Source: an uncultured Gammaproteobacteria bacterium (GTDB lineage: Bacteria; Patescibacteriota; Patescibacteriia; Buchananbacterales; GWA2-38-13). From it: a DNA stretch of 28,329 nt. The stretch's first letter is position 1. Each line of letters starts with the position of its first letter. The stretch is from contig CAYJVS010000002.1 in NCBI GenBank assembly GCA_964373635.1, positions 1 to 28,329 of the forward strand, in the 5' to 3' direction. The translations under genes and the position numbers were made by a program. Positions 24,075 to 28,329 of this stretch are shown here, one piece after another. The notes below the pieces were generated by a model, which searched no databases, was not told the origin of the DNA, and was given only the letters and a program-made list of their open reading frames with translations.

Positions 24075-25334
24075 TCAAGGCAGGTAACCAATCGGATCAA
24101 CCGGAATGCCGTTGCGGCGGACTTCAAAATGAAGGTGCGGCCCGGTGGTGAGCTTGCCGGCCCCGCGGGTGCCGGGCGTGCCGCCGGAACGGGCAATCAA
24201 TTGGCCCCGCGCGACAAATTCTTCGGCGCGGACTTCAAAACCGGAGACATGGCCGTAGACGGACGCTAAACCGGTATTGTGAATCAACATGACGTAACTG
24301 TACCCTTTCGCCCCGCCGTCTTTGATTTTGGCCACGTACCCGCCTTCCGCCGCGTACACCGGCGAGCCTTGCGGCGTGCGGATGTCAAGACCCGGATGTT
24401 CGTAGACGTACCGAAAGGGGTATTCATTATCGTGGAACTTGGTGGTGATATAGCGGCCGTCGGTCGGCCACCGCAGTCGCGGTTCGCCAAAACTTGCCAA
24501 CCGCTCGGCCTCTTGGCGCCGTTCCAGCTCTTGCCGGATTTTTCGTTCCAAATCAACAATCTCGGCATTATTTTGTCTCTGTTCGGCCTTGAGCTCTTGG
24601 ACGTAACGGGAAAATTTTTGTTCGGAACGCTCCGTCTCCTCAAGCAACGTGGCGTGGTAGCGCGCCTTTTCCGTCAAATTTTGCCGTTGTTGGGTTAAGG
24701 TGGCTTTCAGTTCCTCCTCCTCGGCTTTTTTTTTGGTCAAAGTTGCTTGTTGCAGCTCCAGCTCGCGCTTGAAGACTTTGAGCTCGGTCAACGCTTGCTG
24801 CAACCGTTCTTGCACGTCTTGGAGCCGTTGGTAGGAGTCAAAAAAATCCGACAGCCGCGGTCGCGTCACCATGATTTCCAGATAGCTGACTTGGTCGTTG
24901 CGGTAGATGAGTTGGAGCAGCTGCGCGATGCGCCGCTGTTGCGCGATGATCCGGTTGTTGTGGGTGAGAATTTCCCGCTGGGTGCGCTGAATTTCGAGGT
25001 TGGTGGCGGCGATTTGCTTGGTCGTGAGCTCAATATCCAGCTCGGTTTTGGCGATTTCGTTTTCCACCAGGCTGATTTGATTGCGCAGATTGGCCGCTTC
25101 TTTTCGCGTCTCGTTGATTTGTTTTTCGTACGCTTCAATGCGGCGTTTGATTTTTTCAATCTCGGTTTTCCGCTGGTCAATGCCGGTGTTATAGGCTTTA
25201 ATCTCATCCTCCGCTGCCCCCGCGGTCGAAACGTCCCCACCGGAGATGGCGGTGGCGAGGATTAACGCGATTCCGGCAATTCCCCGCCAGTGCTTCCGGC
25301 CGGGTCTTGGTGGGCGTCTTTGCCGCCAGGTCAT
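24075..25334 (-). CDS. Coiled-coil plus M23 peptidase (EnvC/NlpD-like architecture)
   Basis: Signal/TM segment, long coiled coil, HPGLD (HxxxD), YGHV and TTGPHLHFEVR (HxH). ATGA overlap with the gltX stop. Confidence 0.88.
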   Translation of the reverse strand: MTWRQRRPPRPGRKHWRGIAGIALILATAISGGDVSTAGAAEDEIKAYNTGIDQRKTEIEKIKRRIEAYEKQINETRKEAANLRNQISLVENEIAKTELDIELTTKQIAATNLEIQRTQREILTHNNRIIAQQRRIAQLLQLIYRNDQVSYLEIMVTRPRLSDFFDSYQRLQDVQERLQQALTELKVFKRELELQQATLTKKKAEEEELKATLTQQRQNLTEKARYHATLLEETERSEQKFSRYVQELKAEQRQNNAEIVDLERKIRQELERRQEAERLASFGEPRLRWPTDGRYITTKFHDNEYPFRYVYEHPGLDIRTPQGSPVYAAEGGYVAKIKDGGAKGYSYVMLIHNTGLASVYGHVSGFEVRAEEFVARGQLIARSGGTPGTRGAGKLTTGPHLHFEVRRNGIPVDPIGYLP

Positions 25335-26785
25335 AACGCCGCTCCCCTCCTCTGGCCGACACAAGCAATCGCCGCGGCCAGCCGTTCCAGGGTCGCTGAT
25401 TTTCCCAACACGGCGGCGACCTCAAAAGGACTTGGGCTGGATTCGCGGCCGGTGAGCGCGACCCGCAAGGGCCACAGCACCTCGCCGTTGGAAAGGTGCT
25501 GGATGGCGATCCACGCCCGGATGCGCGCGGTCAGTCCGCTGGCGGTGAAGTCCTCCGGCGGAACTTCGGCTAAAAAATCCTTGAGTTGCCCTAACACCAT
25601 GCCGGCGGATTCCGGTGTTTGCGTTTTCCATGGGATTAATTTCGCCGTCAAACTCGGTGGCCGAAAGAAATATTCCACCAGCGCCGGCAGCTCCCCGAGA
25701 CGTTTGATGCGCTGCTGCTCAACGGCGACCACCTGGCGGAGGTACGCGCGATCCGCGGCGGGTTCGGCCAAGCCCGCGGTTTGTAAAAACGGCAGCGCGC
25801 GTTCCAGCAACTCATCCACGGGCAGGTGGCGGATGTACCAGCCGTTGATCCAGTTGAGTTTTCCCGGGTTAAAGACGGCCCCGCTCTTGTTGACGCGTTC
25901 CAGCCGGAAGGCGGCAATCATGTTGTCCCGGTCAAAGATCTCTTGTTCCGTGCCGGGGTTCCATCCCAGGAGTAAGACAAAATTGAGCACGGCCTCCGGG
26001 AGATAGCCGGCGGCGCGGTAATCGTCCACCGCGACATCGCCGGTGCGCTTGGAAAGCTTAGAGCGGTCCGCGCTGAGCAACAGCGGCAGATGGGCGTAGG
26101 CGGGCGGCGTCCAGCCCAGGGATTGGAAGAGGATGAGGTGTTTGGGGGTTGAAGGCAGCCACTCCTCGCCCCGAATGACATGCGTGATGCCCATCTCGTG
26201 ATCGTCAACCACGGCGGCCAAGTGGTAGGTGGGGAAACCGTCGGATTTAATGATGATTTGGTCGTCCAGGGTATCGAGGGAAAAGTTGAGCGGCCCGCGC
26301 ACCAGGTCGGTGAAGGTTATCGTCCCGGTCGGGGGCAGCTTCATGCGGATGACGTGCGGCGTCCGCGCGGTTAGCTTCCGGGATACCTCGGTGGCCGCGA
26401 GGTTCCGGCAATGTCCGTCGTACCGAATGGCGGTTTTTTGGGCGGTTTGCCGGTGGCGAATTTCCTCCAATCGTTGCGGCGTGCAAAAACAGCAGTACGC
26501 GTGGCCGGTGTCGAGCAACCGCTGGGCAATTTCGTGGTAGAGGTTGAGCCGCCGCGACTGAATGATCGGTTCATTATCATAGGTTAAGTCTGCCCACCGC
26601 AGGCTGGCCGTGATATTGGCGACGGCGCCGGGAGCCAAACGCGTTTGATCGGTGTCTTCAATGCGCAACAAAAATTGTCCCTGATTGCCGCGGGCGTACA
26701 GGAAGTTATATAGTGCCGTCCGCAAACCGCCGATATGCAGTTTGCCGGTGGGACTGGGGGAAAATCTAGTGCGAACCTGGGGCAT
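25331..26785 (-). CDS. gltX: Glutamate--tRNA ligase
   Basis: RFSPSPTGKLHIGG, LRIEDTD, DGFPTYHLA, HVIRGEEW and KLSKR. Confidence 0.97.
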   Translation of the reverse strand: MPQVRTRFSPSPTGKLHIGGLRTALYNFLYARGNQGQFLLRIEDTDQTRLAPGAVANITASLRWADLTYDNEPIIQSRRLNLYHEIAQRLLDTGHAYCCFCTPQRLEEIRHRQTAQKTAIRYDGHCRNLAATEVSRKLTARTPHVIRMKLPPTGTITFTDLVRGPLNFSLDTLDDQIIIKSDGFPTYHLAAVVDDHEMGITHVIRGEEWLPSTPKHLILFQSLGWTPPAYAHLPLLLSADRSKLSKRTGDVAVDDYRAAGYLPEAVLNFVLLLGWNPGTEQEIFDRDNMIAAFRLERVNKSGAVFNPGKLNWINGWYIRHLPVDELLERALPFLQTAGLAEPAADRAYLRQVVAVEQQRIKRLGELPALVEYFFRPPSLTAKLIPWKTQTPESAGMVLGQLKDFLAEVPPEDFTASGLTARIRAWIAIQHLSNGEVLWPLRVALTGRESSPSPFEVAAVLGKSATLERLAAAIACVGQRRGAAL

Positions 26786-27527
26786 GGGAACGTCGCTGTA
26801 TCATGACGAGTAAAGGGAAAAGGCAGGTGGCGGTCAATATGCGGGGCCAGCGCCCGGGTTCGCGCGCCAGGCGGTACAGCCATTCCAACCCGGCCCGGCG
26901 CGCGATCGGCGGCGCGCGCCGCGCGCGGCCCGACCAATAGTCGAACGCCCCGCCCACCCCAACGGCGAGTCGGAGACCGGGGAATTCAGTCAGGTGATCC
27001 GCGAGCCACCGTTCTTGTTTGCCATGGCCAAACGCCGCGATCAAGATTTCGGGTCGCGCCCGCGTCAGCCGGTGTTTGAGCGCTGCGGTCATCACCGACG
27101 GGTCCGTGATTTCACCGCCGTCGGTGGCATCGGCAACGACAAGCGCGGGGTACCGCCGGCAAAACCGTTGGGCCGCGCGTTCCGCGACGCCGGGTTGGCC
27201 CCCGACAAAAAATACCCGTCGTTGATGTCGCGCGGCCAGCGCCATGAGCGTGTCAAGCAAATCCACCCCGGGATAGCGGGCCATGATGGGCGTGCCGAGC
27301 ATGCGGCTGGCCCAGACCAGACCCACGCCGTCAGCGACGGACAAACTGGCCTCCGCGAGCGCGCGCCGCAGTCCAGGATCGCGCCGGGCGGCAACCAGCA
27401 TCTCGGGGTTGGGCGTCACCACCAGGCGCGGCCGCCCGCCCTTGAGCCACTGTTCCAGTTGCCCGTCAACTTCCTCGCGGGTGAGGTTGTCAATCCGCGC
27501 GCCTAAAATGTATACCGGCGGTCTCAT
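26766..27527 (-). CDS. WecB/TagA/CpsF-family glycosyltransferase
   Basis: VVTPNPE, VADGVG, RYPGVDL, FGHGKQE, GVGGAFD and GLEWLYRL...EPGRW. Confidence 0.92.
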   Translation of the reverse strand: MRPPVYILGARIDNLTREEVDGQLEQWLKGGRPRLVVTPNPEMLVAARRDPGLRRALAEASLSVADGVGLVWASRMLGTPIMARYPGVDLLDTLMALAARHQRRVFFVGGQPGVAERAAQRFCRRYPALVVADATDGGEITDPSVMTAALKHRLTRARPEILIAAFGHGKQERWLADHLTEFPGLRLAVGVGGAFDYWSGRARRAPPIARRAGLEWLYRLAREPGRWPRILTATCLFPLLVMIQRRSHAPGSH

Positions 27528-28084
27528 GGGGGACCGAAGCGAAAGGTTTCCAGCGGCCGGTGCAGCGGTCCTACGGGCGTCAAGACGCTCTGCATGAGGG
27601 TAAAATTGCTGACCCGGAACCGCTGCGGTTGGCAGGCAATCGCCGGCAATGGTTGCGCCAGGTGTCCCTTGACGCGACCGAGGGTCACGTGCGGCCGCCA
27701 GGGGCGGGGATCAATGCTAAAGCCGTGCCGGTGTAACATTGATCCCAGCCTCGCGCGCAGTTGCATCACCCGCGACATCCCCGGTCCATCGCAGGCGACG
27801 ACGATGACGCGTGCAGGACCAGTGGGCGGCAGCTGCCCGACGTGTTCCGTTGTCAACTCCACGGACGTCAATCCCTCGGCGATGGTTTGCGCCGGCTCCC
27901 GCAGAAGTTTGAGCCGTTCAACGGGCACCGCGGGACCAAGGAAGTGGAGCGTCAGATGCAGGTTTTCGGGGTTCACCCAGCGGATGGCGGCACCGGACTG
28001 ACGTTTGAGCGCGGCGACCGCCGTGGATACATTCCGCTGGACCAGCGGCGGCAACTCGAGAGCGAAAAAACACCGCATCGTCAT
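27524..28084 (-). CDS. thpR: RNA 2',3'-cyclic phosphodiesterase (2H family)
   Basis: MRCFFAL, HLTLHFLG and PWRPHVTLGR (two HxT motifs). Confidence 0.9.
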   Translation of the reverse strand: MTMRCFFALELPPLVQRNVSTAVAALKRQSGAAIRWVNPENLHLTLHFLGPAVPVERLKLLREPAQTIAEGLTSVELTTEHVGQLPPTGPARVIVVACDGPGMSRVMQLRARLGSMLHRHGFSIDPRPWRPHVTLGRVKGHLAQPLPAIACQPQRFRVSNFTLMQSVLTPVGPLHRPLETFRFGPP

Positions 28085-28126
28085 ACCGCCGCATCCACCC
28101 GTCGCGCCGAGCAGGGGCGCAGGTTG

Positions 28127-28155
28127 ACTCTACCATAGTATTGGGGCTGATTCAA
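28127..28155 (-). promoter_or_regulatory. Possible sigma70 promoter for the thpR operon
   Basis: On the minus strand TTGAAT-17 bp-TAGAGT with an upstream TG. Confidence 0.4.
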
Positions 28156-28167
28156 CCGGCTGCACTC

Positions 28168-28191
28168 GTTCCCACCTAAGTTCCCACCTAA
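28168..28191. repeat. 12-bp tandem duplication
   Basis: GTTCCCACCTAA x2. Confidence 0.85.
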
Positions 28192-28220
28192 AGTTTTGGA
28201 AGCGTTACCTGCAATCTTGC

Positions 28221-28316
28221 CACCCTCTCCTCTTCGGCCCCCTCACCAGTCCTCTCCTCCTTTGCTAAAGCCATGGCGGACCAGTCGGACCTCCTCCCCC
28301 TCACCCCGGTTCCCTC
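28221..28316. repeat. Pyrimidine-rich REP-like half sites
   Basis: CCCCCTCACC at 28238-28247 and 28296-28305; composition resembles the arms at 4817 and 8905. Confidence 0.5.
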
Positions 28317-28329
28317 ATATGACAAACTA

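Noticed and set aside
3307-27597. Many long antisense or alternate-frame ORFs (e.g. 3307-4113, 5073-6035, 9125-9973, 12725-13561, 16395-17195)
   Set aside because: Shadow ORFs of high-GC genes with Arg/Gly/Pro-rich low-information translations and no family motifs.
1-28329. Alternative genetic code (TGA=Gly) as in some CPR lineages
   Set aside because: frr, proS, serS, gltX and others end cleanly at TGA, with ATGA coupling to the next gene.

Overview
High-GC bacterial chromosomal window. Its compact gene content, scarce Shine-Dalgarno sites, short ProRS and intergenic repeat types suggest Patescibacteria/CPR (inference). The + strand backbone runs holB, Asp-box lipoprotein, frr, rseP, small hypothetical, proS, mreBCD, mrdA, greA, lysS, cytidylyltransferase, serS, transglutaminase-like, DegT-family aminotransferase, FemABX-like, FtsQ-like. 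A - strand block carries thpR, TagA/WecG-type glycosyltransferase, gltX, M23 peptidase and a membrane protein. Between the two (about 20.2-23.6 kb) is an accessory patch: a pyrC frameshifted at a 15-base homopolymer, an AT-rich HTH-HNH gene translationally coupled to an intact Xer-type recombinase, and a second Xer reduced to its C-terminal third and bracketed by REP-like palindromes. The most unusual signal is non-coding. Two related inverted-repeat elements (8754-9148 and 15608-15756) both end exactly at a start codon and share a GGT-AT-GC target. Most long intergenic regions are packed with REP-like, nested or perfect palindromes. No rRNA, tRNA or CRISPR array was recognised.
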